Shown here one piece after another: positions 13,757 to 27,085 of a stretch of 64,000 nucleotides of DNA. Position 1 is the stretch's first letter. Each line of letters starts with the position of its first letter. The position numbers and the translations under genes are program-made. The DNA comes from Octopus sinensis (taxonomy: Eukaryota), in NCBI RefSeq assembly GCF_006345805.1, contig NC_043004.1, positions 38,378,001 to 38,442,000 on the forward strand. The letters run 5' to 3'. Under the pieces are notes generated by a model. The model was not told the DNA's origin. It made no database searches and was given only the letters and a program-made list of their open reading frames with translations.

Positions 13757-14310
13757 ATTATTGCAATGGCCAAGCCTACAACCTTTACGACAGCATTTGC
13801 TGCGGTGCACAAGTAACACCTATAACTGGTTTCAAAGATCCTGCTTGTTGTGGAAATGTAGCATTTGACAGAAACGAAAAATTATGTTGCAGCGGTGCAC
13901 TCGTTGCCAAAGGAGCCACAGCAACTGGTTGTTGCGGTGCGGCAGCTATAGATTTATCCCTTCAAGATTGTTGTGCCGGTACAGTTATTGTTAGACTGAA
14001 TAAGATATGTTGTGGTGGAGTACAAGCTGACAGAAAATCAATATATGAAGTTTGTTGCGGGGCAGTTGGAATGGATAAGACCAAGGAACTTTGCTGTAAT
14101 GGTACTCCTAAAAAAATTGAAGATGCTTTTAAAACAGGAAATAATCTCGTAGCAAACACATTTGCTTGTTGTGGAAATTCAGTTTTCAATCAACGTAGTA
14201 ACTATTGTTACATGAATCAAATATATCCACGAAAGAATTATGTGCCATTCTGGAGGTTGGATCATCATCATCATGATTATCACCATCAGGATTTTCACCA
14301 TCATCACTGA
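13757..14310 (+). CDS. Galaxin-like secreted Cys-rich protein, gene 1, terminal exon 2 (exon 1 presumably upstream of the window)
   Basis: Polypyrimidine/TTTTAG acceptor ends at 13756 (phase 1). The open frame YCNGQAYNLYDSICCG...HHHH* has 9 CC doublets spaced mostly 11-14 aa plus 2 single Cys, and is paralogous to 46611-47137. The CC-repeat pattern is typical of galaxin-family proteins; the family name comes from pattern recognition, not a database search. Confidence 0.85.
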
Positions 14311-14329
14311 TTGGTAATTGATATGAAAA

Positions 14330-14358
14330 AATAAATTTCTGAAGCATGTAAGAATAAA
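14330..14358 (+). terminator. Putative polyadenylation signals (two AATAAA) of gene 1
   Basis: AATAAA at 14330 and 14353, both conserved in gene 2. Confidence 0.45.
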
Positions 14359-14503
14359 TCATTTGTTTTGTTTGTTTTATATAGAAGACATATCCATGCG
14401 CTTCTCTCTTTTTTCGCTCTGTCTGTTTGTCTTTGTCTCTCTATATGTATGTGTATACATATACATGGGTATATGTACGTAAGAATATACAAACATACGT
14501 TCA

Positions 14504-14538
<35 letters not shown>

Positions 14539-14563
14539 CTATATATATATATATATATGTACG

Positions 14564-14606
<43 letters not shown>

Positions 14607-14611
14607 ACACA

Positions 14612-14650
<39 letters not shown>

Positions 14651-14917
14651 GAAATTAAAGAAGGAAAATACACACACATTACATAGTTGCGACATAAAGT
14701 TTAATATATCGACCAGTTTCGCTTTCGCTATTCATGATATTAAGATTTACTTATTTAAATATGTACTTTCTTAAGAAAATTTTGGTCATTTTGTGTGTGA
14801 TGATATTTACGAGTGAATGATTTAACAAGTAGAAAAATAAGGGAAGTAATTGCTTATCGTCATTATTGCTATTGTTGTGGCAAGGGAGATAAACCTTCAG
14901 CGTTCAGTAAGGGGGTG

Positions 14918-14952
<35 letters not shown>

Positions 14953-15034
14953 ATATTAAGGAGTAAATCCTTACAGGGAAAAATTAGATTTAGGATTAAA
15001 TCTAATTTTACACTATAAATATATATATTAAATT

Positions 15035-15190
15035 AGAGATAGAGCCACTATTAGGCAAATCAAAGAGTGAAAAACAAACCAAAACATAGAAATAAAATTA
15101 ACTAATATAATATACAAAATATATAATTTAAAATTCAAAATTTAAATTATTTAAATTTAAGTCAAAATTTAAAAAAAAATTAAATCATAA

Positions 15191-15280
<90 letters not shown>

Positions 15281-15769
15281 TATATTATATATATATATAA
15301 TATATATATCTATATATATATTATTTTATCATTTTTATTTTTAGTATTATTTTTATTTTTATTTAAAATTTTTTTTATTTTTTAAAATTATATATTTATT
15401 TCATTTTTTAAAAATATATATAACTATCAAAAAGTATTAAAAATTTAATATGATAAAAATTAATACTTTTTGATAGTTGTATATATTTTTAAAAAATGGA
15501 ATAAATATATAATTAAAAAATAAAAAATGAAACATAAAAATAAAAATAATAATAAAAATAAAAATAATAAAATAAAATAAAAAATATATATATAAATTTA
15601 TAATTCAAAATTGAAAAAAAAATTAACTTTAAATTTAAATAATTTAAATTTTGAATTTTATTTGACATATTTTGTATATTATTTTAATTAATTATATTTC
15701 TATGTTTTGGTTTATGTTCTTCACTGTTTGATTGCCTATTAGTGTTTTATCTCTAATTAATATATTATA

Positions 15770-15770
<1 letters not shown>
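15035..15770. repeat. Imperfect AT-rich fold-back centred ~15450 (Penelope-type terminus)
   Basis: Arms aattagagatagagccactattaggcaaatcaaag... / ...ctgtttgattgcctattagtgttttatctctaatt. The left arm is interrupted by (TA)n. Confidence 0.8.
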
Positions 15771-15853
<83 letters not shown>

Positions 15854-15908
15854 ATAGTAAAATTACGAATTCTCTATAATAGAGATTGCAGCAGCGTTTA
15901 CTGGAACT

Positions 15909-16149
15909 TAATTGTTATCGCCATATTAATATGGCATTCTTATAGAGATAAGAATAATCGCTGCCGCTGGTCAGCTCCATGAGGCCACCGCCATCAAGAT
16001 AGCTATTGATACACGATATGTATCCATTATAATGATACATATCGTGTATCAATAGCTATCTTGATGGCGGTGGCCTCATGGAGCTGACCAGCGGCAGCGA
16101 TTATTCTTATCTCTATAAGAATGCCATATTAATATGGCGATAACAATTA
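15909..16149. repeat. Perfect palindrome (116-bp arms, 9-nt spacer)
   Basis: 15909-16024 is the reverse complement of 16034-16149. Confidence 0.95.
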
Positions 16150-16213
16150 GTTATATATATATTATATATATATATAAATATAAATATATGTATATATGTA
16201 TGTATATATATTG

Positions 16214-16248
<35 letters not shown>

Positions 16249-16369
16249 ATATATATATATATGTATATATGTACATATATACATATATATGTGTAAATAT
16301 GTATATATGTATATATGTATATATATGTACATATATATATGTATATATATGAATATATATGTATATATG

Positions 16370-18145
16370 TATATAAAGGGAAAGTTTACGAAAATAAACA
16401 AAAGACGAAGGCTGGTGGTGTACAAACAAACAGATGTATTAGTGTAGCGCTCAGGAATAGAAAAAGTCTTTTCCGTTTCGAGCCTACGCTCTTCTACAGA
16501 AAGATACACAGAAAAAAAACAAGGAGAGAAACAAGGAGAGAAAAAATGTGTGAAGTAGCTAACGATCTATCAAGGCGTCTGATTTCGGACAGAATGGTCA
16601 GACGGGAGCAGGGAAGTAGGGGAGATAACAAGTTCAAGATGACCTCCAATACAAAGGAGACCCCGACACAAAGGTGTGTGTGTGTATAAGAGAGTATGTA
16701 CGTGCGTGTGAAAGAGGGCTGGTGGTCTGGACCTGTATGTGTATGTATGTGTAGGTGTGGAGATGTGGGGGTGGGTGTGTGGGTGGTGTGTTGTGATGTG
16801 GTGCGTGTATGTATGTGTAGGTGTAAAGATGTGGGTATGGGTGTGTGGGTGTGTGTTGTGGGTGTGTGGGTGTTGTGTTGTGATGTGATGTGTAATGGTG
16901 TAGTGTAGTGTGGTATGGTGTGATGATGTGGGGAGGTGGGGGAGGTGGGGCAGGTGAGAGTGGAGAAAGCACAGGTGGGGTGTGGGTTCGGCAGGGGGTT
17001 GGGGTAGAGTGAGGTTGTGGGTAGGTAGAGGGTGGGGTTAGAGGCGAGGTATGTGGGGAGGGGGGAGGTATGTGAGGAAGAGGTGTGGGATAGGGGTGAG
17101 GTATGTGGGGGTGTGTGGTAGGGTGGGGGATGGGAAGGATAGGGAAGGTGGAGTAAGGGTGGGTGGTTTTATGGGGGAGGGGAAGGTGGGTATGTAAGGA
17201 GAGAGAGGAGGAGAGAAGAGAGGGGAGGAGGAGGGAGGAGGGGAGGAAAGAGAGAAGAGAGGGGGAGAGGAGAGAAGGAGAGTGACGGAGCAGAGAGAAA
17301 GAGAGAAGGAAGAAGAGAGTAGGGGAGAAGAGGGAGAGTAGAGGGAAAAGAGGGGAGAAGAGGGAAAGAGAGTAGGGGTGAAAAGATGTAGGAGTGAAGA
17401 GAAGTAGGAGTCGGGGAGGAGGTTAGATGAAAAAGGGGGAGCGTTGAGCCCAAAGGGCGTAAAAGAGCGAACAGAAAAGATTAATCCCAGTTCACGGCGC
17501 AAGCGGAAGTCCGGATGGTCTTTGTTCAAGGACAATCCGAACACAGACAGGTGTTGCAAGGAGGGACCGGTGGAGCGGAAATGGCGTGAGACTGGAGTGT
17601 CATTGCCGAGGCGGATGTCTCGGAGGTGTTCCGTGAACCGGTCAGCCAGGCGTCGTCCCGTTTGTCCGATGTACAGAGAATGGCAGAGAGAGAGAGCAGG
17701 AGATGCAATAGATGATATTGCTGGAGGGGCAGGTGAAGGAGTCGATGATGCGATAGGGTCGATGATGGATGCCGGTGAGGAGGGTGGTGTTGGAGAGGTA
17801 AGAGAAAGTGCGGCAGCGTGGGCGGGAGCAGGGGAACGAGCCAGGTTGGCAGGTAGGGTTGGGGAAGAAGCTGTGGACCAACAGGTCTCGTAGGTTATGG
17901 GCTTGTTTGAAGGAGGGGAGGGGTCGGTTAGGGAAGATGTGTAAAGTGGAGGGGTGGGACTGGAGATGCCGGAAAGCTCGAAGAATGGTGCGTTGGAGAG
18001 GAAGGGTGGTGGGGTGGTAGGTGAGGGGAAAGGGAGGCGGGAGATTGTAGGGCGGGTTCGGGGGGAGAGAGCAGATGCACGGTCTACGGAACGTGCTCTG
18101 GCAAGGGCGGTGTGGATAGTGGTGAGGTGGTGTCCACGTAGGATG
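16370..18145 (-). mobile_element. 3' fragment of a Penelope-like element (GIY-YIG + pLTR)
   Basis: FPCSRPRCRT...IIYCISCSL and QHLSVFGLSL..RLRRELGLIF. The terminal sequence is shared with 47470-47760. Confidence 0.85.
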
Positions 18146-18312
18146 AATGTATATATGTGTATATATATATATATATATATAACATTATTGGTGAATTGAA
18201 GAAATGGAGCTGAACGCAGATTGAACAGAAATCGTTTTATTTCATTCTACACGTGTTTCGTATATATGTATATATAAGTATATATGTATATATGTATATA
18301 TAAGTATATATG

Positions 18313-18344
<32 letters not shown>

Positions 18345-18354
18345 AATATATATA

Positions 18355-18715
<361 letters not shown>

Positions 18716-18777
18716 TATATGTATATATATATATGTATATATATGTATATGTATATATGTATATATATATATATATA

Positions 18778-19090
18778 TGCGCAGGAGTGGCTGTGTGGTA
18801 AGTAGCTTGCTTACCATCCACATGGTTCCGGGTTCAGTCCCACTGCGTGGCACCTTGGGCAAGTGGCTTCTACTACAGCCTCGGGCCGACCAAAGCCTTG
18901 TGAGTGGATTTGGTAGACGGAAACTGAAAGAATCCCGTCGTATATATGTATAATGTGTGCGTGTATGTTTGTGTGTCTGTGTTTGTCCCCCTAGCATTGC
19001 TTGACAACCGACGCTGGTGTGTTTACGTCCCCATCACTTTGCGGTTCGGCAAAAGAGACTGATAGAATAAGTACTGGGCTTACAAAGAAT
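18778..19090 (+). mobile_element. CORE-like SINE (full length)
   Basis: gcgcaggagtggctgtgtggtaagtagcttgctt...caccttgggcaagtg...aagtactgggcttacaaagaat. Confidence 0.9.
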
Positions 19091-19099
19091 ATATATATA

Positions 19100-19845
19100 T
19101 GTATATATTATATTAAATTAGAGATAAAACCACTATTAGGCATATCAAAGAGTGAAAATCATAAGCCAATACATAGAAAAAAAATTAATTAAAAAAATAT
19201 AAAATATAAAATTCCAAATTAAAATATTTAAATTAAAGTTAAAATTTAAAAAATTATTTAAATAATTTAAACTCATAAATTTTCAAAACCTCGCTAAGCT
19301 AAGTATATATTTTAATATTTTATAAGTCTTATGATGTAATAATATTGGTTTTTATGTAAATATCGTTGTTTATGTAATTATCGTAATTTTCTATATAATT
19401 ATTAGATATTAACTTTAAGTTTATTCGTAAGAATTTACTTAGCGATAGATATGTTGTTTGATAGCAAGTATACGAGTTGTTTAAAGTTAGGTTTATGTAT
19501 ATACATGTTTTAATAGCATTAATTGTAGTTTTAAATTTCTTATAATTATTATTTTAACTTATATATTGTAATTTTAAATTGATATTTGCTAGTTTTATTA
19601 TTCCCATTGATAAATCTATTTATAGTATTTATTTGATACTATATAACTATGAATTGATTATTTCTTTAAGTATTTTAAATATAAGATTTCTGAAAGTTAC
19701 TATTTAGCCAACGAGATATAAAGATAGTTAGTTTGCTATAGCGCTCGTTTAAGATTGTTTGTTTGTATTTTTGAAATTAGCTATTTCATCTTTAGATATG
19801 AAAAATTAATTTATTAGGTCTTTATTATATGTGGATATATAATAA
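19100..19845 (-). mobile_element. AT-rich Penelope-like 5'/pLTR fragment
   Basis: Minus-strand TCIYINLTLNNS...SKFLRINLK resembles PLE N-termini. Its terminus (aattagagataaaaccactatt) is shared with the fold-backs at 15035 and 26865. Confidence 0.5.
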
Positions 19846-19847
19846 GG

Positions 19848-21190
19848 AAACTGTTGACAATGCATAGAATGCACCACCCTAAGGCAGATACAGAACGACT
19901 CTATCTGCCAAGAAAAGAGGGAGGCCGTGGTCTTTTGCAACTGGCAATAACAATGAAGATTGCTACAATTGGCCTAGACACCTACCTGAAAAACTCTGAA
20001 GACTGGATGTTAAAACTTGTCTCAAAACATGAAAACAAGAAAGCATCATACTCAGTCACAAAACAGGCAAAGGAATATCTAAATGAATTCCGAATACAAC
20101 CAATTTCGGAATTAGAGATAGATATACAAGAAACAAGCACAGAAAAAGCTAGGCGCATGAAAACCCGTGCCAAAACTGCGGCCTTAGATATTCTGAATAA
20201 TAAATAGCAAGAAAAACCTCTCTATGGCAAATACCCAAAGAGAGCGAATAATGCAGTTATCGACAAAGCCCTGACCCATCAATGGCTAATGGCCTCTGGC
20301 TTAAAATCTGAAACAGAGGGGTTTATCATAGCAGCTCAAGATCAATGCCTACCAACAAGAAACTACCAGGCCAACATATTAAGATCAGAAGCAGTCCAAC
20401 GTGTCGTGTATGCAAGCAACAAAATGAAACCATTGACCATGTGGTCTCCAAGTGAAGTCTTCTAGCGCCTACAGAGTATCTCAACAGGCACGATAGAGCT
20501 GCACAATATATTCACTGGGTAATCTGTAAAAACCTGGATTTGCTCCATGAAAAAAACTGGTGGGAACACAAACCACCCCCAGTGCTTGAAAATGACCACA
20601 TCTCACTCCTCTGGAACTTCACCATTCAAACTGACAGGAAGATAGATGCAAATAGGCCAGACATCATATTGAAAGACTTCAAACAAAGAACATGCCTCCT
20701 CATTGATATGACTGTCCCAATCGATATAAACGTATCTGTCAAGACCTACCAAAACTGAGCAAATATAAAGATCTTGAAATAGAAATCAGCAAAATGTGGA
20801 AGCTGAAGACTAAAACAATACCTGTTGTCATAGGTGCCCTGGGAATCATAGCAAAAGGGGCTGATAGCTACCTAACTCAGATACCAGGAAACCCAAAAAT
20901 GGCAGAAGTTCAAAAGATAGTGCTCATGGGAACTGCTCATATCCTACGCAAAATACTCTCTATGTAATCTCAAGGTTTAAAACAAACATAATTTTCGGTT
21001 TTAAAAAAAAAAAAAACCTTTTTTTTCTTTCCTTTTTTTTTTAGACATTCATTAGTACAACATCCCCACCCCCCAAATATATGGCACACTAGGCATAACA
21101 ACAACATGAACTTCCAACCCTGTTGTCTCTTGAGGTCTCTGGGTGAGACTTGGAGCCAACTTGTACAAATATAAAGCAAAAGTCAAACAT
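19848..21190 (+). mobile_element. R4/Dong-like non-LTR retrotransposon, 3' fragment (zinc finger + restriction-like endonuclease)
   Basis: HHPKADTERLYLPRKEGGRGL, GLKSETEGFIIAAQDQ, CRVC..ETIDHVVS and NRPDII...LIDMTVP. It ends in (AAT)n. Confidence 0.85.
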
Positions 21191-21231
21191 AGAATAATAA
21201 TAATAATAAGTATTATTATTATTATTATTAG

Positions 21232-21530
21232 AGGACTGGTGGTTATTGATGAATAGGAATGACCTGAAGATAGAGACAGAAGCACTCATATGCGCAGCCC
21301 AGAAACAAGCTTTAAGGACCAATGATATGAAGTGCAGAATAGACAACACTATCGATAGTAAACCAGCATTGCTTGGAACTTCAAGAAATTTTTGTAGAGA
21401 TCTTGAAGCATGAGCAGTAAACTAGTGTTACCTTAATCTGCTAGCTACGGACAGCTGACATTTTCCATCGTACCCAGCGAAATAAGCTGTGAGTTTTCAT
21501 GTATTAATAACGTTTTCTTCCATAGGCACA
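21232..21530 (+). mobile_element. Second R4-like fragment
   Basis: DLKIETEALICAAQ.QALRTN, inserted in (AAT/TAT)n. Confidence 0.65.
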
Positions 21531-21724
21531 GGGCCTGGAATTTGAGGGCAGGGGACTAGTCGATTACATCTGCCCAAGTGAATCACTGGTACTTAATATA
21601 TCAACACCAATAAGATGAAAGGCAAAGTCGGCCTCGGCGGAATGAAAACTCAGAACATTACAACAGGTGAAATACGGCTAAGCATTTCGCCCATCTTGCT
21701 AACTATTCTGCCAGATCACCGCCT

Positions 21725-21971
<247 letters not shown>

Positions 21972-21972
<1 letters not shown>

Positions 21973-22529
21973 CTACATACACTGGAAGCTATGCCAACAT
22001 TATGGAATAACAACAGAAAAAAGATGGTATAGGCACACGCCAGAAAAGCTCACAGAAAACGAGAACAACCATACTCTGGATATGCCGATACACACAGATA
22101 GAGAAATTAGGCCAACAGACCAGATATAGTTGTCAGAGATCATGAAGAAAAAAATGCTTTCTAATTGATGTATCAATACCGGCAGATGACAACGTGTCTC
22201 TAAAAGAAATGGAGAAACTTTCAAAATACAAAGACCTGGAAATAGAGGTAACCAGAATGTGGAATCTAAAAACAGAAACAATTCCTATCATAGTAGGTGC
22301 ATTAGGCATGATAAAAAAATATTCAGACAAATACATAACAAAAACACCAGGACTTACAAACACATATAACATACAGAAAATTGCACTACTAGGCACTGCA
22401 CACATCCTACGCAGAACACTTTCCATACAATAACCATCAGAGCATCACAACAATCACAGCACATACCCAAGGCACACAGAGCTGCGCTCGGTAGTGAAGT
22501 GAAAGCACGCTATAAAAATAAAACTACTG

Positions 22530-22530
<1 letters not shown>
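21972..22530 (+). mobile_element. Third R4-like 3' fragment flanked on both sides by (AAT)n
   Basis: ILWDMPIHTDREI.ANRPDIV...LIDVSIP and KLSKYKDLEIEVTRMWNLKTETIPIIVGALG. Confidence 0.85.
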
Positions 22531-23077
<547 letters not shown>

Positions 23078-23399
23078 ATGAACATTTGTGACATTATGAC
23101 GACAAAAAATCAGACCTCCATAACATACGAACGTACCAAAAACGATCACTGAAACAAATACAGGTGTACGTCCTCATAAATGAAACATATCCTGTACTAA
23201 ATGAGACACGTAGATATTAGCGCTACTCCAATACTCACAGTGTAAACATACACAGATAGATTTGTTAGGAGGCTGTTATATATTTTGTATATATGTATTT
23301 GTTTATTTACTACACGTGTTTGTTTAAAGATATATATAATTAGGTCATGTTTTCGGTTAGTTGTCTTTTTATTAAATCCAGGATATATATATATATTAT

Positions 23400-24468
23400 A
23401 TATATATATATATTATATATGCATGTATGAATGTGTAGGTATATATATATATGTATATATATATGTATATGTATATATGTACGTATATATGTGTTGTAAT
23501 ATACACATATTATTTACATGTATATATATTTATATATGTATATATATATGTATATATAACCATACCGAAATACTACTTGGTGAAATTTGTTGATTTTATT
23601 AAATTAATTATATTCACCCTTTATCTGTATGTATCTATATATATGTATCTATATATAAGTATATACTATGATATGTGTATATATATGTATATATGTAATT
23701 AATAATATCAGGTAAATAAAGATTTTAGAACTTTTTACTACCAGTGGCCTAGCGTATAGAAAATTAGTCAATAGACTATATATTATTCATATAAAATACA
23801 GTGTGCCCATTTAAACACATTAAGATGTTTCCATCATACTGTTCTTTCTAGCGTAAAGGATTCCTATGATGGAAACCTCTTAATGTGTTTAAATGTACAC
23901 TGTATTTTATATGTTATATATGTATAGATATATATATATATATAATATATGCATGTATGAATGTGTATGTATATATATATATGTAATATAATGTATATGT
24001 ATATATGTACGTATATATGTGTGTATATATACACATATATATACATGTTATATATTTATATATGTAAATATATATATGTATATATATACCATACCGAAAT
24101 ACTACTTGGTGAAATTTGTTGATTTTATTAAATTAATTATATTTCACCCTTTATCTGTATGTATCTATATATATGTATCTATATATACGTATATATATAT
24201 ATGTGTATATATATGTATATATGTAATTAATAATATCAGGTAAATAAAGATTTTAGAACTTTTTACTACCAGTGGCCTAGCGTATAGAAAAATTAGTCAA
24301 TAGACTATATATTATTCATATAAAATACAGTGTGCATTTAAACACATTAAGATGTTTCCATCATACTGTTCTTTCTAGCGTAAAGGATTCCTATGATGGA
24401 AACCTCTTAATGTGTTTAAATGTACACTGTATTTTATATGTTATATATATGTATATATATATATATAT

Positions 24469-24470
<2 letters not shown>
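23400..24470. repeat. Tandem duplication, ~529-bp unit with an internal hairpin
   Basis: cataccgaaatactacttggtgaaatt occurs at 23561 and 24090. Confidence 0.9.
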
Positions 24471-24523
<53 letters not shown>

Positions 24524-24661
24524 GGTCCCGGGTTGATTCGGGGTTAACCACAGTAAATAAGGTACTCAATACATAGCAGAGTAAAATAATATTTATTATA
24601 TAGAATGAGCTTCTACAGGACTAGAACTGTTTCATTCAAGAGAAATCTTCAGGAAGCACAT

Positions 24662-24714
24662 GAGCTTCCTGAAGATTTCTCTTGAATGAAACAGTTCTAG
24701 TCCTGTAGAAGCTC
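24662..24714 (+). ncRNA. Type I hammerhead ribozyme within a palindrome (also present on the minus strand)
   Basis: GAGCTTC CTGAAGA TTTC tctt GAAT GAAA CAG ttctagtc CTG TA GAAGCTC. The only defect is a U-U pair at the base of stem II. Confidence 0.75.
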
Positions 24715-24858
24715 CTTCTATATAATAATATATATATATATATATATATATGTGTTGTGTGTGTGTGTGTGTGTGTGTGGTGTGTTTTTTGCTTTGTTAA
24801 CAATTAACACGGAAAATAGATAAATACTGTATAAATCAATATACCTGCGTTAAACTCC

Positions 24859-24889
<31 letters not shown>

Positions 24890-25071
24890 ACATTATATAA
24901 AAGGGCTTAGTAAAATAAATTACTTTGCCGCATACTGAACTCGTTAGAAATAGCAGCTAAAAAAACTTTTTATAAAACTATTTCTAACACTTAAAGAAAA
25001 CCTCTCTCATATAGTGTTTGCTCAATTCAACTCAAGGAAGTATGGGGGTAGAGACATTAAAAAATCAAATG

Positions 25072-25146
25072 CAAAGGTTATTTGAGTACGTACGTTTCAA
25101 GATTAGTCAAAATCGACCCTTCTCTCATCAGCTCAGAATGCCCTTG
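25072..25146 (-). ncRNA. Type I hammerhead ribozyme
   Basis: CAAGGG-cattc-TGAG CTGATGA GAGA..GGTC gatttt GACT..TCTT GAAA C GTAC G TA CTCA-aataa-CCTTTG. Canonical core, GUA cleavage triplet, palindromic loop III, and stem I with an internal loop. Confidence 0.85.
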
Positions 25147-25817
25147 TTTGAATCTGAAAACACTGAAAATGGGAGCATACCCTTTCGGCTTGTTATCGCT
25201 TCTGAAGATCTGTTCAAACTAACAGTGCCAACAAACTCAAATATGCAAGCGAAGAATTTCTGCTCTCCCCTTTCCACCAGCGTGGGTTAAAATCAGCAAA
25301 CACTATGTTTTTTTTCGGTAAAATCCGAGACATTAAGTAGAGAGAGATGAATTATAATTTCAACATTGAGGGTAAAATTAATTAATTAATTAATCAATTT
25401 CACCAAGTATTCAGTATGCAAAGGGACCATTTAAGGCGAATTCAAATTATACATTATATAAAAGGGCTTAGTAAAATAATTACTTTGCCGCATACTGAAC
25501 TCGTTAGAAATAGCAGCTAAAAAAACTTTTTATAAAACTATTTCTAACACTTAAAGAAAACCTCTCTCATATAGTGTTTGCTCAATTCAACTCAAGGAAG
25601 TATGGGGGTAGAGACATTAAAAAATCAAATGCAAAGGTTATTTGAGTACGTACGTTTCAAGATTAGTCAAAATCGATCCACGCTGGTGGAAAGGGGAGAG
25701 CAGAAATTCTTCGCTTGCATATTTGAGTTTGTTGGCACTGTTAGTTTGGAACAGATCTTCAGAAGCGATAACAAGCCGAAAGGGTATGCTCCCATTTTCA
25801 GTGTTTTCAGATTCAAA

Positions 25818-25892
25818 CAAGGGCATTCTGAGCTGATGAGAGAAGGGTCGATTTTGACTAATCTTGAAACGTACGTACTCAAATAACCTTTG
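25818..25892 (+). ncRNA. Type I hammerhead ribozyme (copy 2)
   Basis: Identical motif on the plus strand. Confidence 0.85.
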
Positions 25893-26382
25893 CATTTGAT
25901 TTTTTAATGTCTCTACCCCCATACTACTTCCTTGAGTTGAATTGAGCAAACACTATATGAGAGAGGTTTTCTTTAAGTGTTAGAATAGTTTTTATAAAAA
26001 GTTTTTTTAGCTGCTATTTCTAACGAGTTCAGTATGCGGCAAAGTAATTTTTTTTACTAAGCCCTTTTATATAATGTAATAATTTGAATTCGCCTTAAAT
26101 GGTCCCTTTGCATACTGAATACTTGGTGAAATTGATTAATTAATTAATTAATTTTACCCTCAATTGTTGAAATTATAATTCATCTCTCTCTACTTAATGT
26201 CTCGGATTTTACCGAAAAAAACATAGTGTTTGCTGATTTTAACCAACGCTGGTGGAAAGGGGAGAGCAGAAATTCTTCGCTTGCATATTTGAGTTTGTTG
26301 CACTGTTAGTTTGGAACAGATCTTCAGAAGCGATAACAAGCCGAAAGGGTATGCTCCCATTTTCAGTGTTTTCAGATTCAAA

Positions 26383-26457
26383 CAAGGGCATTCTGAGCTG
26401 ATGAGAGAAGGGTCGATTTTGACTAATCTTGAAACGTACGTACTCAAATAACCTTTG
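26383..26457 (+). ncRNA. Type I hammerhead ribozyme (copy 3)
   Basis: Identical motif, 565 nt downstream of copy 2. Confidence 0.85.
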
Positions 26458-26733
26458 CATTTGATTTTTTAATGTCTCTACCCCCATACTTCCTTGAGTT
26501 GAATTGAGCAAACACTATATGAGAGAGGTTTTCTTTAAGTGTTAGAAATAGTTTTATAAAAAGTTTTTTTAGCTGCTATTTCTAACGAGTTCAGTATGCG
26601 GCAAAGTAATTTATTTTACTAAGCCCTTTTATATAATGTAATAATTTGAATTCGCCTTAAATGGTCCCTTTGCATACTGAATACTTGGTGAAATTGATTA
26701 ATTAATTAATTAATTTTACCCTCAATTGTTGAA

Positions 26734-26765
<32 letters not shown>

Positions 26766-26859
26766 ATAACAAATATTAGGGAATAAATCCAAATTTACAG
26801 GGAAAAATCAGATTTAGGATTGAATCCAATTTTATAGTAAAATATAATATAATATAATA

Positions 26860-27028
26860 TTAATTAGAGACAAAACCACTATTATGCAAATCAAACAAAG
26901 AAAGACTTAATCCAATACATAAAATTTTTATATAAATTAAATATCGTAATTATATTTAATTTATATAAATTTTTTATGTATTGGATTAAGTCTTTGTCTG
27001 ATTTGCATAATAGTGGTTTTGTCTCTAA

Positions 27029-27040
<12 letters not shown>
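26860..27040. repeat. Short fold-back of the aattagagac..ccactatt family
   Basis: Inverted arms visible around ~26950. Confidence 0.85.

Positions 27041-27085
<45 letters not shown>

Larger units (their letters stand above)
24891..26735. repeat. ~560-bp hammerhead-containing unit: ~1.4 copies forward, then ~1.9 copies inverted, in (TA)n
   Basis: The unit starts at 24891 and again at 25452. Polarity switches at ~25677, and inverted copies run to 26735. Confidence 0.95.

Noticed and set aside
18240-18262. GAAAC-ACGT-GTA half hammerhead on the minus strand
   Set aside because: The 5' half of the core is replaced by microsatellite, so this is a remnant only.
24891-26735. Repeated 'MLNSTQGS...' ORFs, or a CRISPR-like array
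   Set aside because: The ORFs differ in frame between copies and have no recognisable domain. The units are long and non-spacered, in a eukaryotic context.
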